Positions 40,894-51,189 of a DNA stretch of 62,694 bases are shown here, piece after piece. The DNA comes from Phycisphaerae bacterium. Lineage in GTDB: Bacteria; Planctomycetota; Phycisphaerae; UBA1845. Under the pieces are notes generated by a model, which saw only the letters and a program-made list of their open reading frames with translations, made no database searches and was not told where the DNA came from. The number at the start of each line of letters is the position of its first letter. The stretch's first letter is position 1. The stretch spans positions 1 to 62,694 of the forward strand of contig JAZGDL010000332.1 in NCBI GenBank assembly GCA_036477795.1. Reading direction: 5' to 3'. A program made the position numbers and the translations under genes.

Positions 40894-41805
40894 GTGAACA
40901 AACCCAAAGGGACATTCCTAAAGGCCGTCATCTTCCTGGTCTGCTTCTACCTGGGTTTGAAGATCATCCTTCCGTATGTCGCCGCGTGGTTGGCCGCCAA
41001 GGGATGGTTCGAGCTTCGCGAAGGGCTCCCCACCTCCGGCAAGGAGGTCACGATTTACTTCACGCTGGCGTGTCTGGCGATCTTCGCCTACGTCAGCTAC
41101 AGCGAGGAGCGCTGGCGGGAGTTCAAGAGGCCCATCATCGGGCTTCTGGAAAGGAAGACTCTCCGGCGCACGGCCGCACTGATCCTGTTCCCGCTGGTTT
41201 GCGGCGGGCTCGTGTTCTGGGACATGACCGCCGAGGCTGGCGCGAGCGCTTTCGTGGCGATCAAGCACCCTACTCCGCCGGACCGGTTCTCGAAAATGAA
41301 GAATCCCTTCCGGAACCCCACGCCCGAGTTGCTCGATGCCTTCGAAACGGAGGTACGGAAAGGAAAGAACAAGAAAAAGGACACCACCGAAGAAGTCCTG
41401 ATCGAGTACATCGAGGCGTTTAGCGGCGACCCGAAGGGAAGCGCGTTCACCGGCCCCCTGCGCGCCAAGGCGTTCGAGCGCAAGGTGATCGAGGAAGGAC
41501 GGATCCTCTTCGTAAAGAACTGCCGCCCATGCCACGGTACCAAGGCGATGGGTGACGGCCCCATGGCACGGGGCCTGCTCCGCGAGCCGGCCGACTTCAC
41601 CGGCGTCGAGACGATTGCGACGCTGGTGGAGGGCGCCGTGTTCTGGCGGGTCAAGATGGGAGGGATCGGACTGCCCCACGAGGGAGGACCGTGGGAGTCC
41701 GCCATGCCGCCGTGGGGAGAGGAAGACCTCACCGACGATGAGATTTGGAAGATCATCATGGCCGAATACGACATCGCGGGGAACAGGCCAAGGGAACCGG
41801 AGTAG
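40894..41805 (+). CDS. Membrane-anchored monoheme cytochrome c (set 2)
   Basis: Three TM helices; CRPCHG; VFWRVKMGGIGLP..PWESAMPPW; paralog of 27258. Confidence 0.88.
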   Translation: MNKPKGTFLKAVIFLVCFYLGLKIILPYVAAWLAAKGWFELREGLPTSGKEVTIYFTLACLAIFAYVSYSEERWREFKRPIIGLLERKTLRRTAALILFPLVCGGLVFWDMTAEAGASAFVAIKHPTPPDRFSKMKNPFRNPTPELLDAFETEVRKGKNKKKDTTEEVLIEYIEAFSGDPKGSAFTGPLRAKAFERKVIEEGRILFVKNCRPCHGTKAMGDGPMARGLLREPADFTGVETIATLVEGAVFWRVKMGGIGLPHEGGPWESAMPPWGEEDLTDDEIWKIIMAEYDIAGNRPREPE

Positions 41806-41818
41806 ATTGAGTAGGGCA

Positions 41819-43702
41819 ATGATGACACCCACCTTAGCGACAATCCTCTTCCCCCTTCGTGCCTTCCGCTACGAAGACGCGCTCCCCTTCGGGTCGCCGC
41901 TAAACTCACCCCTCTCTTCCCTTCGTCCCTTCGTCCCTTCGTCCCTTCGTCCCTTCCTTCTTCTGTTCGTGCTCTTGACTATCAGGATCCCATGCGTGGG
42001 CGCCGCGGAACTGCATGCTCCGGGCTGGATGGAAATCCCGGTCCCCGAGCGCCGTCCGGAACCGACGGAAGAGAACCTCCTTGAGGGGAAACGGATCTAC
42101 AACTTCCGCTGCAGTCCTTGCCACGGCGTGAAAGGGGACGGGAATGGACCAGTGGCCAAGACCCTTGAACCCCGCCCCCGCGACTTCACGAACGGGAACT
42201 TCCGATTCCGCACCACCAAAACCGGCGAGGTGCCCAAGGATGAGGACATGTTCCGGACCATCACCCGCGGAATCCCCGGAACGGCCATGCCGTCGTGGGC
42301 GCCCCTGTCGGCGGATGATCGGTGGAAAGTGATTTACTATGTGAAGAAGATCAGCGGATGGTTCGACGACGAGGAATTCAGCCCCTACCGGGAGGAGGCA
42401 GCCCTTAAGCTGGGGAATCCGCCGCCGCGCACGGAGGAAATAGTCGCCGAAGGGGAGAAGCTCTTCAAGGAAGAGGGCGCCAACTGTATCGTGTGCCACG
42501 GGATCAACGGGCGGGGGAATGGTACCGGTCCCGATGCCCAGAAGAAGAACGCCAAACGGGAGCGGCTCTGGCCGAGAGATCTGACCAAGTCCTGGCGTTA
42601 CAAGAACGGTTCCCGCGTCGAGGACATCTTCCGAACGCTGACCGGAGGACTAACCGGGACCCCCATGCCCTCAAGTCTCGAGTCCCTCCACAAGACCGAC
42701 CCAGCCCAAGACGAGCACGCCCGGTGGGCCATCGCCTATTTCGTCGAGAGTATCTTCGAGTTTAGCGGCGACCCGAAGAGGAGCGCGTTCCCTCCGCAGA
42801 AACGCATTCTCGAAGTGGTCAAGATCGACGGCGAGCTGCCGACCGACCCCAAGGATCCCGCCTGGGAGCAATCGGACGAGATCGCCATCGTTCTGACGGG
42901 GCAAGTGACCTTCCGGCCGCGGTGGCAGACGCCGGCCATCGACTTCATACGGGTGCGGGCGATGTATAACAACGAGAACATTGCGTTCCGGCTGGTCTAC
43001 AACGACCGCACCCATAGTACGGTCCATGAGAGCCCGGAGGTCTGGACGACCGAGGACACCTATCCGGAACTGGACGTGATGAAGTTCCCCTTCGAGCAGT
43101 CCACCTATCGCGATGCAGTGGCCATCCAGTTCCCGGTCAAGGACTCCGAGGGCGCCCAGAGGCCTTACTTCATCTACGGAAGCCAGGCAAGCCCCGTGCA
43201 CCTTCTCAGATACGAGGCCGACAAAGGTGTGGGACCCAAAGGTGTGGGACCCAAAGGTGTGGGACCGACTTTCCAGTCGGTCAGCGACAGGCTGGAAAGC
43301 CTGTCCCATAACGGGGTCGTTGAATACAACGCCAGGGGGCGGAAGAAGCTCAAGGCTCAGCCCGACGAGGAGCAGCAGGCCCGGGGAACGGGCGTTTTCG
43401 ATGACGGTCAGTGGCAGGTTGTGTTTCAGCGTCCCCTCGTGGGAGGCAAGGGCGACGCGAAGATGGCTCCGGGCGCCTACATCCCATTCACCCTGATGGC
43501 GTGGGATGGCGGAAACGGCGAGAGCGGCCTGCAGCAATCCGTCTCGTCCTGGTACAGCCTGAAGCTGGTGACGCCGATTTCGGCGCGGGTTTACATCGGC
43601 GTGCTGATCGGGATCCTTCTTGCCACCCTCACCGAGCTTTACGCCCTGTTCCGGGTGAAGAGAGCGGGCCGATTGGCAATACCAGCCGGAGAGACCCTAT
43701 GA
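41819..43702 (+). CDS. Diheme cytochrome c + EbdC/NxrC-like heme b domain, C-terminal anchor (set 2)
   Basis: CSPCH and CIVCH; YNDRT, DAVAIQFP, MAWDGGNGE; paralog of 28189. Confidence 0.85.
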   Translation: MMTPTLATILFPLRAFRYEDALPFGSPLNSPLSSLRPFVPSSLRPFLLLFVLLTIRIPCVGAAELHAPGWMEIPVPERRPEPTEENLLEGKRIYNFRCSPCHGVKGDGNGPVAKTLEPRPRDFTNGNFRFRTTKTGEVPKDEDMFRTITRGIPGTAMPSWAPLSADDRWKVIYYVKKISGWFDDEEFSPYREEAALKLGNPPPRTEEIVAEGEKLFKEEGANCIVCHGINGRGNGTGPDAQKKNAKRERLWPRDLTKSWRYKNGSRVEDIFRTLTGGLTGTPMPSSLESLHKTDPAQDEHARWAIAYFVESIFEFSGDPKRSAFPPQKRILEVVKIDGELPTDPKDPAWEQSDEIAIVLTGQVTFRPRWQTPAIDFIRVRAMYNNENIAFRLVYNDRTHSTVHESPEVWTTEDTYPELDVMKFPFEQSTYRDAVAIQFPVKDSEGAQRPYFIYGSQASPVHLLRYEADKGVGPKGVGPKGVGPTFQSVSDRLESLSHNGVVEYNARGRKKLKAQPDEEQQARGTGVFDDGQWQVVFQRPLVGGKGDAKMAPGAYIPFTLMAWDGGNGESGLQQSVSSWYSLKLVTPISARVYIGVLIGILLATLTELYALFRVKRAGRLAIPAGETL

Positions 43703-45759
43703 GGGCCGGCGGAGCGCTCCGACACCACCTCGTCACCTCCCTGGCCAAGGTGTCCGCGCTGCTCGGCACCGCTGCCGTCCTCCTGCTGGTGGTCCTGCCC
43801 CGCCTGCGCGGCGACTACGGTTCCTCCCCCGTGCTCGACTCCCGCACTGTCGTCTGGGTGGTCATGCAACTGCACCTGATGTTCGCAGCCTTCGTGTTGG
43901 GCGTACCTATCTTCGCCATGATCGTGGAGATCGTCGGCGTCGCGACCAAGGATGAAAGATATGACCGGCTGGCCCGGGAGTTCACACGACTCTTGGCGCT
44001 GGCCTTTACCGCAACGGCCGTCCTGGGTGTCCTCGGCTTGGCAGCGCTAGTGGTTCTGTACCCGAAGTTCATGGCGTACTTCGGGAGAATATTCTCGCCC
44101 ACGTTCCTGCCGTACGCCGCCGCAATCGTTGTCGACGCGATACTCCTGGTGGTCTACTACTATGCTTGGGACGCCATGGCAGGCCGCCTCAAGTGGCTGC
44201 ACATCGGTGTAGGTGCAGCCCTGAACATCGTGGGCACGGTACTGATGTGCATTGCCAACGCCTGGACGACATTCATGATGAGCCCGGCGGGCGTCGCGGA
44301 GGACGGCCAGCTTCTCTCGCTGGCGGAGGCCATCCAGAATCCGCTCTGGTGGCCGATCAACATCCATCGCTTTATCGCCAACATTGCTTTTGGAGGCTCG
44401 ATTGCCGCAGCCTACGCCGCGATCCGATTCCTATCGAGTACCTCCAAGGAACAACGCGCCCACTACGACTGGATGGGATATGTGGGCAACTTCATCGCTC
44501 TTTGGGCGCTGATCCCACTTCCCTTCGCGGGCTACTGGTTGGGAAAAGAAATCTACGCCTACAGTGCCCAGATGGGAACCGCCCTGATGGGCGGAGCCTT
44601 CTCATGGCTTTTCATCATTCAAGCCGTGCTCATCGCAGCGCTTTTCATCAGCGCCAACTATTACATGTGGATGGGGTTGGGACGGATCCCCGGGGGGAAT
44701 CGCTACTACAAATACATCCTGTGGATGGAGGCTCTTCTGTTCTTGTCGATGGCCATCTGGATGACACCGCACACGCTGGTGGCTTCGCTGGCAGAGGCCC
44801 GCCGCATGGGTGGCGCCCACCATCCGCTGTTGGGTGTCTTCGGGGTGATGAGCGCCAAGAACACCGTGGTGAACATAGTGATCTTGACTACCTTCTTGTC
44901 CTTTGTGCTCTATCGTCGAGCGAACAAGGAACGTTCCGGACTGCGCCCGGCAGGCGGCATGGGAGCCCCGGTGTTTGTGGCCGGCCTCTCGATGTTTCCA
45001 ATCATCTTCTGCGGCGTGAATGGTTTTGTGGGACAGGCCGCGCGGGCGGAAGCGAGAATACCGTCCCTCGAACAGCAAGTGCAGACCATGCAGGTCTCGA
45101 TCTTGGGAACCGAGGCGCCCATCGGCACGGTCTTGGATGAGCTCAAAGAACTCGGACGGCTGGAGGCGGAACTCGCGACTCTGAGCCAAGTGCCCGGCAT
45201 CCACCACGCAGCCGGTTTTCGGGTCATCGCCATCATCTTCGCGTCGTTTCTGGGCCTGGCCTTGGTGGACATGTTCGCTCTTCGCGGGCGTATCGGCGGG
45301 CTCCTGCAGTTTGCCATCATGGCCATGGCGGCGAGCGTTGTTATTTACTACGGTGTCAAAGGGTACTTCGTTGAAGCCGAGGTGCGGATCGGTTACTCGG
45401 TCTACCAGGTGGCCGCTGTTCTGTTCGCCATGCTGGCGGTGACCGCCCTGGACCTGTATCTCTTCTTCGGCGCCAAGTCGCTGGGCGAGATCAAGTGGGG
45501 CCACATGTCCAATCGATCACAGTACGTTCTGGTTGGTCTGGCCGTCGTCTTCACTTTCACCATCGGGCTGATGGGTTTCGTGCGGTCCGGCATCCGGGAT
45601 ACGTGGCATGTCTACGGCGTCATCCGCGACACCTCGCCCGAAGCTTACACGCCGACGATGGGCTCAGCCGCGACGGTCATCACGGCTGCGACGCTCATCT
45701 TTTTCGCACTGCTGTTTGCCATCTTCCGTTTCGGGATGCGCAAGGAGGACGCATCGTGA
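43699..45759 (+). CDS. Cytochrome bd subunit I-like membrane protein, copy 2
   Basis: QLHLMFAAFVLG, HRFIANIAFGG, YDWMGYVGNF, WMTPH, MGFVRSG; ATGA overlap. Confidence 0.85.
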   Translation: MRAGGALRHHLVTSLAKVSALLGTAAVLLLVVLPRLRGDYGSSPVLDSRTVVWVVMQLHLMFAAFVLGVPIFAMIVEIVGVATKDERYDRLAREFTRLLALAFTATAVLGVLGLAALVVLYPKFMAYFGRIFSPTFLPYAAAIVVDAILLVVYYYAWDAMAGRLKWLHIGVGAALNIVGTVLMCIANAWTTFMMSPAGVAEDGQLLSLAEAIQNPLWWPINIHRFIANIAFGGSIAAAYAAIRFLSSTSKEQRAHYDWMGYVGNFIALWALIPLPFAGYWLGKEIYAYSAQMGTALMGGAFSWLFIIQAVLIAALFISANYYMWMGLGRIPGGNRYYKYILWMEALLFLSMAIWMTPHTLVASLAEARRMGGAHHPLLGVFGVMSAKNTVVNIVILTTFLSFVLYRRANKERSGLRPAGGMGAPVFVAGLSMFPIIFCGVNGFVGQAARAEARIPSLEQQVQTMQVSILGTEAPIGTVLDELKELGRLEAELATLSQVPGIHHAAGFRVIAIIFASFLGLALVDMFALRGRIGGLLQFAIMAMAASVVIYYGVKGYFVEAEVRIGYSVYQVAAVLFAMLAVTALDLYLFFGAKSLGEIKWGHMSNRSQYVLVGLAVVFTFTIGLMGFVRSGIRDTWHVYGVIRDTSPEAYTPTMGSAATVITAATLIFFALLFAIFRFGMRKEDAS

Positions 45760-46988
45760 AGAGCGGTGGCAACGTGGTGGTGTTCATCCTGGCGATCGCC
45801 GCGGGATTCGTCTACATCTGTCGCGCTATTCCTCAGATGAAGAGCGGGCCGGTGGAAGTTGTGACCGATATCGGTGAGACTCCGGAGGAGCTGATCGCGG
45901 CCGGCAAGCGCGTCTTCAACAGCGATCGCGCTCAATGCCTGACCTGCCACACTATCGGCGAGGATCCCAAGGCGCGATGTCCCAACCAGGAGGATGTAGG
46001 CGAACGGGCCGGCGGGCGCCAGCCGGGTGTCAGCGCGGCCCAGTACCTGATTGAATCCGTCTACGACCCCAATGCGTACATCGTGTCCGGCTACCCGAGC
46101 AAACAGATGACGCCCGTTAACAAACCGCCGATCGCACTTTCCCATGACGAGATCCTGGCGGTTGTGGCGTTTCTCAACACGCTGGGAGGTACAACCGACG
46201 CGCAGTTCATCGATGCGCTCAAGGAGGCCCAGAGCCCCTGGCGCAAGGGTCTCCTCAAACCGGGCGAGGGACAGGAAAAGGAACAACTGCCCATCCTGGC
46301 CGGCGATTCGCGACGAGGACGAGAGCTGTTTGAGGAGCAGCCCTGCGCCCAATGCCACCGCGTTAAGGATTTGGGTCGCGAGGTAGGCCCGGAGCTGACA
46401 GCGATCGGCGCCTCTCAAACCCCGCATTACATCCTGGAGTCGATCCTCGACGCCAGCGCCGTGATTGTGAAAGGCTACAGACAGACGATCGTGTTCTGGA
46501 AGGACGAGAACCGTCTACCGCTGCGCGGTACAGCGCTGGCATGGATTCCGGACAAGGAACGCCCGACCACGCTGCGCCTTGCCATCCTGGAGGGCACGGC
46601 AGGCGACGACGAGGAAGAAGAGGAGGAGGAAGAGGGCGAGGATGAGGCGGGCGAGGACGCAGGCGCGGCGCCGGCGGCTGGCCAAACGGTGGAGAAGGAA
46701 GTCGATCTGAGCGAGGTTGCCCACGTTGGCGATACCATCGTCGGGGTAACTGCCGACGGCGAGTTCAGTTCTCTTTGCGGCCAATACGTTGACGGGGACA
46801 AGGAAACGGGACTGACGTTGGCGTTTCTGGAGGGGGGCCAGTGGGTGGAGAAGCGCATCCCACCGGAACAGATCGATTTCATCAATCTTCCCATGTCGCC
46901 CATGCCCGCCAACTTCGCGGATTTGCTCACACCGCGTGACGCTTACGATCTGGTCGCGTACCTCCTTGCCCAGAAGGGAGACAAGTAA
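45756..46988 (+). CDS. Membrane-anchored diheme cytochrome c
   Basis: AAGGAGG RBS; CLTCH..RCPN..YLIESVYDPNAYIV; CAQCH..GPELT; poly-Glu tract; paralog of 39549. Confidence 0.85.
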   Translation: MKSGGNVVVFILAIAAGFVYICRAIPQMKSGPVEVVTDIGETPEELIAAGKRVFNSDRAQCLTCHTIGEDPKARCPNQEDVGERAGGRQPGVSAAQYLIESVYDPNAYIVSGYPSKQMTPVNKPPIALSHDEILAVVAFLNTLGGTTDAQFIDALKEAQSPWRKGLLKPGEGQEKEQLPILAGDSRRGRELFEEQPCAQCHRVKDLGREVGPELTAIGASQTPHYILESILDASAVIVKGYRQTIVFWKDENRLPLRGTALAWIPDKERPTTLRLAILEGTAGDDEEEEEEEEGEDEAGEDAGAAPAAGQTVEKEVDLSEVAHVGDTIVGVTADGEFSSLCGQYVDGDKETGLTLAFLEGGQWVEKRIPPEQIDFINLPMSPMPANFADLLTPRDAYDLVAYLLAQKGDK

Positions 46989-49027
46989 TGAAACGCAAGG
47001 GACGAAGGGACGAAGGGACGAAGGGACGAAGAGACGAGACCAACGAGTTTAGCGGCGACCCGAAGGGGAGCGCGTACCCTCGCGCCGGCGATACCATCCT
47101 CGCCGTAGACCCCCTAACCCCCGACCAGTCGGACCGGACAAGTCCGACTGGTCGGTCCGCGATCTATCGGTCCATCTTGTTGGCGGTCGACTCCTCCGAC
47201 CACTCCGACCGCGCTACCGAGGAGGCGGCGGCGCTGGCCGCCCTGTACGGCGCACAGGTCACCGGCGTGCACGTCTACGCTGCCAAGCTGCACGACCTGC
47301 GATTCCGCCAGATGGAGGGCGGCCTACCGGAGCAGTATCGCCAAGAGCAGGAGTTGGAGCGACAGCGCGACATACACGATGACCTGATCACCCGCGGCCT
47401 GTCCGTCATCACCGACTCCTACCTGGACCAGGCCGAAAAGGTCTGCCAACGCCAAGCGGTGCGCTTCGCCCGGCGGAGCCTGGAAGGCAAGAACTACCGC
47501 GAGCTGGTCACCGAGGCCAACCGACCAGTCGGACTTGTCCGCGGCGGCTACGACCTGTTGGTCTTAGGCTCGCGCGGCCTGGGGGCGATCGAAGGCGGGA
47601 ATCTAGGAACTGTCTGCCAGCGCGTGGCCCGCCGCAGCGCGATCGACACTCTGATCATCAAGGAGCCCAAGCGGCGGCTGTCGGAGGGCCCTATCGTTGT
47701 GGCGGTCGACGGTTCGGATCGGGCCTACGGCGGCCTGTTGACCGGCTTGAACCTGGCGCGGCACTGGGAGGTGCCCGTCGAGGTGGTGGCTGCCTACGAC
47801 CCGCACTACCACTACGTGGCCTTCAACCGCATCGCCGGCGTGCTCTCGGAGGAGGCTCACAAGGTGTTCCGCTTCAAGGAACAGGAGAAGCTGCACGAGG
47901 AGATCATCGACTCGGGTATCGCCCGCATCTACGAGTCACACCTAAAGATGTCCGAAATGATCGCCGGAGATCTCGGCGCCGAGGTGACGACGGTGTTGCT
48001 GGAGGGCAAGCCCAATCACGTCATCGAGGAACACGTCAGACGAGTGAAGGCATCGCTACTGGTAGTCGGTAAGTTGGGCATCCACGCGGACGATGGTCTT
48101 GACATTGGAGGCAACGCCGAATCGCTACTCCACGGCGCCCCTTGCGCGGTGCTGCTAAGCGAGCGGACCTACCGTCCCCCGTTGGATGAGGTGGCGGAGC
48201 TGACCATGTCCTGGACCAAGGAAGCCGAGGGTATGATGGAGGCGGTGCCGCAAATGGTTCGCAAAATGGCGCGCATGGGCATTCTGCGCTACGCCCAAGA
48301 GCGGGGGCACACCGTGATCACCGGCAAGATTGTCGAGGAGGTGACCAAGCTCATGTGTCCGGTTCGACCCGATGGGAGAGCGTCCGAAACCACCCGCTTA
48401 GCGGTGTCGCGCGCGACACCCCATTGGTCGGTGGAGGCCCTGGCTCGTTTGGCGCGCGTGCCGGCGGGTTTCATGCGCGACGCCACACGCCAGCGTATCG
48501 AAGACTACGCCCTTAAGGTCGGCGCCGGCGAAGTCACCCTGGAGGTGGCGGAACAGGGAATCGCCCAAGCGAAGCAGGCCATGCACGAGGCCGCACGCGA
48601 CGGAACCGATCCGAGCCCCAAGCGCCAGCGCGGGGAACGCGAAGAGCCCGCGCTCACCTGGACCGCAGAGGCTGAGCAAGCCCTGCTCAGGGTGCCGGAA
48701 GGATTTATGCGGGACTTAACGCGACAGCGGGTGGAGGCCTTTGCCAGCCGCCACGGCAAGAACGAGGTGACCAAGGATGTCATGGACGCAAAGTACGCCG
48801 AGTGGGGAGAGGGCTCTGCCAGCCAACGGTCCGAACTCCCCTGGGACGACGACACACTGGAACACGTCGGCCGGATTCCCGAGTTCGTCCGCGGAATGGT
48901 CATCAAGGAGGTGGAAGGGTGTGCTCGCCGAATGGGCGTTGAGGCCGTCTCCATGAAGGTGCTGGAGCACGCCCGTCGCACCTGGCAGGAGCACGGCGTT
49001 TTTCACTCGGAGGACAACCTACAGTAG
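46988..49027 (+). CDS. Tandem universal stress protein domains fused to four PCP_red-like helical domains
   Basis: ILLAVDSSDHS and IVVAVDGS; GSRGLG and GKLG; four W(T/S/D)xxA...(V/I)PxF(M/V)R-type units. Confidence 0.88.
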   Translation: MKRKGRRDEGTKGRRDETNEFSGDPKGSAYPRAGDTILAVDPLTPDQSDRTSPTGRSAIYRSILLAVDSSDHSDRATEEAAALAALYGAQVTGVHVYAAKLHDLRFRQMEGGLPEQYRQEQELERQRDIHDDLITRGLSVITDSYLDQAEKVCQRQAVRFARRSLEGKNYRELVTEANRPVGLVRGGYDLLVLGSRGLGAIEGGNLGTVCQRVARRSAIDTLIIKEPKRRLSEGPIVVAVDGSDRAYGGLLTGLNLARHWEVPVEVVAAYDPHYHYVAFNRIAGVLSEEAHKVFRFKEQEKLHEEIIDSGIARIYESHLKMSEMIAGDLGAEVTTVLLEGKPNHVIEEHVRRVKASLLVVGKLGIHADDGLDIGGNAESLLHGAPCAVLLSERTYRPPLDEVAELTMSWTKEAEGMMEAVPQMVRKMARMGILRYAQERGHTVITGKIVEEVTKLMCPVRPDGRASETTRLAVSRATPHWSVEALARLARVPAGFMRDATRQRIEDYALKVGAGEVTLEVAEQGIAQAKQAMHEAARDGTDPSPKRQRGEREEPALTWTAEAEQALLRVPEGFMRDLTRQRVEAFASRHGKNEVTKDVMDAKYAEWGEGSASQRSELPWDDDTLEHVGRIPEFVRGMVIKEVEGCARRMGVEAVSMKVLEHARRTWQEHGVFHSEDNLQ

Positions 49028-49185
49028 TGCAGCGGTTGTTAAGCTGTCGCAATCGGATATGATGGCGCGATCATCGGGTCAGCCGAATGCTGTGCGCCGA
49101 AGATCCGGCGATGAAACGCGGAGTCGAGGCGGATGATTCAAATCGACTTGGTCGAGATCTACTCCCCGTTGGAGGTCGTGGAACC

Positions 49186-49377
49186 ATGAAGGCTAAGACC
49201 TTTGATTGCGTGGAGATGAAACACGAGATCCAGCGCCGTCTGCGCAAGGAGCGAGGTGGACGATCCTGGGCCGAGCGAAACCGGATGATTCGTCAGGCGC
49301 TTCGCGACGATCCGCATTTGGCTCGCTTGTTGGACACGGAGTGGCCGCCCGCAACGACGAACCGCGCGGAGCCATGA
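49186..49377 (+). CDS. Small hypothetical protein (antitoxin-like, KTFDCVEMK)
   Basis: GGAGG RBS; 63 aa. Confidence 0.55.
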   Translation: MKAKTFDCVEMKHEIQRRLRKERGGRSWAERNRMIRQALRDDPHLARLLDTEWPPATTNRAEP

Positions 49378-49564
49378 CTTGCACGATGGCGGCCGTACGC
49401 ATGCACGGGAGCTGGACGCGGGTGCGATCACCCCCGTCCGCGACTACAGGATCAGGGTCTCAATGGGAAAACACAACATATGAGACCGCCAAGAATACAA
49501 GAAATAGGGGACTGTCCCGAGTTACCCAGTTATCTTCAGTTACCTTTGAGAACGAAAGAGAGCC

Positions 49565-51082
49565 ATGCGGTGGTTGACGTTGCTAAAACTTAGATCTAGG
49601 AAGCCAGGAAGACGACGGCGAGTCGTCGAACAACTAGGGAACTCAAGGGATGAGGGAGCCTTCGAACTACTGATCGAAGCACTCACGGACAAAGAAGTGT
49701 CCGTAAGGGTCGCAGCGAGTGTAGCGCTAAGGAAGTTCGATTCAAAGGGGGCGAAGTCTGGAGCAGCTAGGGCGGCCTTCGCGAGAGTTGTCGGGGCGCT
49801 GAAGGACGAGGACGCCGATGCGCGCGAGGCGGCAGCTGAGGTTCTCGGTCTAATCGGTGATCGGCGAGCTGTCGAGCCGCTCACGGTAGCGCTCCACGAC
49901 GAGGCATGGCATGTGAGAAGGGCAGCAGCTAAAGCGCTTGGCGCGATCGCTGATGAGAGAGCTTTTGAACCACTGGTTATCGCGCTCGATGATGAAGAAC
50001 CGCATGTGAGGCCAGCGGCAGCTGAAGCGCTCGGGATGATCGGCGACAAGAGAGCGCTCGAACCATTGATCGTAGCACTCGAGCGGGACGATTGGGAGGC
50101 GTCCGCCGCAGCGGCGCAGGCACTGGGGAAGATCGGAGATGTGCGGTCTGTCGAGCCTCTAATCGCTGCGGTCAAGAGAGGCCACTGCGCAGTACAAGCT
50201 CTTGCAGCGGTAGCTCTTGGGGCGCTCGGAGACCCCCGCGCAATCGAACCCCTGTTTGCGTTATTAACTGAAAGGGTCGGAAGCCTGGCCTATTGTGCAA
50301 AGGAGGCGCTCGCTCGCCTCGGGGTCCAGGAGGCCGATTTCCCGCCTGCGTTCGAACTGTATAGTATTCGCCTGAAGCACGAAGACTTCAGCGCTCGCGA
50401 AGACGCAGTAGAGAGCCTCAGACGGCTCGAGGATCCCAGGGCCGTTGAACCCATAATCGCCGCCCTCAAGGATGAGAATTACAGCGTGCGCGAAAAAGCA
50501 GCAAAAGCGCTTGCGCATTTGGCCGATTCTCGGGCGATTGACTCGCTAACGGTCGCCCTCGGTGATGAGAAAGAAGAATACGTGCGACGTTCGATCAGAG
50601 GTGCCCTGGATCGCATCCAGAGTCGTGAGAAGCCAATTTCCCATTCTTGGGTTCTAGCGGATGAAGACATCATACGAGATGCTCGGGATTTCGTGAGTGC
50701 ATTTGAGGGAATTCGAGCCACAGAGCAAATCACGAGTACGGAGAAACCGTGGCAAATGGCCGCAGCAGGTCGGTTTGCCTACTCTAATGGTAAGGCAACC
50801 GATGCATTGATCGAGGCGATAAAGGATTGGGCACCCCACCTAACGGATGCGCAGATCAGCGACGGACTACGAGCGCTTTGGGACTATGACCGAGAGTTGA
50901 GCTCTGTACACGAAAAGGACGGTGTTCTATGCCCGGAAAAGAGAGACTGGGGCGAGTATCTAGACCCGAAGCGTCGGGATCCCAGCTACATGTTCTCGTG
51001 CGTACTATGCCTCCTGTACCTCACCGAGAAAGGCGTAACCATTGATGAACCGCATCCGGGATCCCTAAAGATATCCGTTTGA
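49565..51082 (+). CDS. HEAT/PBS-lyase repeat protein
   Basis: Many VRxAAAxALGxIGDxRAVEPLxxAL units. Confidence 0.9.
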   Translation: MRWLTLLKLRSRKPGRRRRVVEQLGNSRDEGAFELLIEALTDKEVSVRVAASVALRKFDSKGAKSGAARAAFARVVGALKDEDADAREAAAEVLGLIGDRRAVEPLTVALHDEAWHVRRAAAKALGAIADERAFEPLVIALDDEEPHVRPAAAEALGMIGDKRALEPLIVALERDDWEASAAAAQALGKIGDVRSVEPLIAAVKRGHCAVQALAAVALGALGDPRAIEPLFALLTERVGSLAYCAKEALARLGVQEADFPPAFELYSIRLKHEDFSAREDAVESLRRLEDPRAVEPIIAALKDENYSVREKAAKALAHLADSRAIDSLTVALGDEKEEYVRRSIRGALDRIQSREKPISHSWVLADEDIIRDARDFVSAFEGIRATEQITSTEKPWQMAAAGRFAYSNGKATDALIEAIKDWAPHLTDAQISDGLRALWDYDRELSSVHEKDGVLCPEKRDWGEYLDPKRRDPSYMFSCVLCLLYLTEKGVTIDEPHPGSLKISV

Positions 51083-51189
51083 ACCCGAAGAAGCAACGAG
51101 GCGGGTGGCCCACCTCCTCTGGAGGTGGGGGACTCGATTTGAGCCCAAATTGGACGGCAAGTTAGCCAAGACGCGGACGAAGATGAGTC

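Larger units (their letters stand above)
28203..47074. repeat. Dispersed repeat family B, TTTAGCGGCGACCCGAAGGGGAGCGCG
   Basis: Copies at 28203 (reverse), 37935, 41419, 41878 (reverse), 42761 and 47048; variants at 27158 and 27301. Confidence 0.9.
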
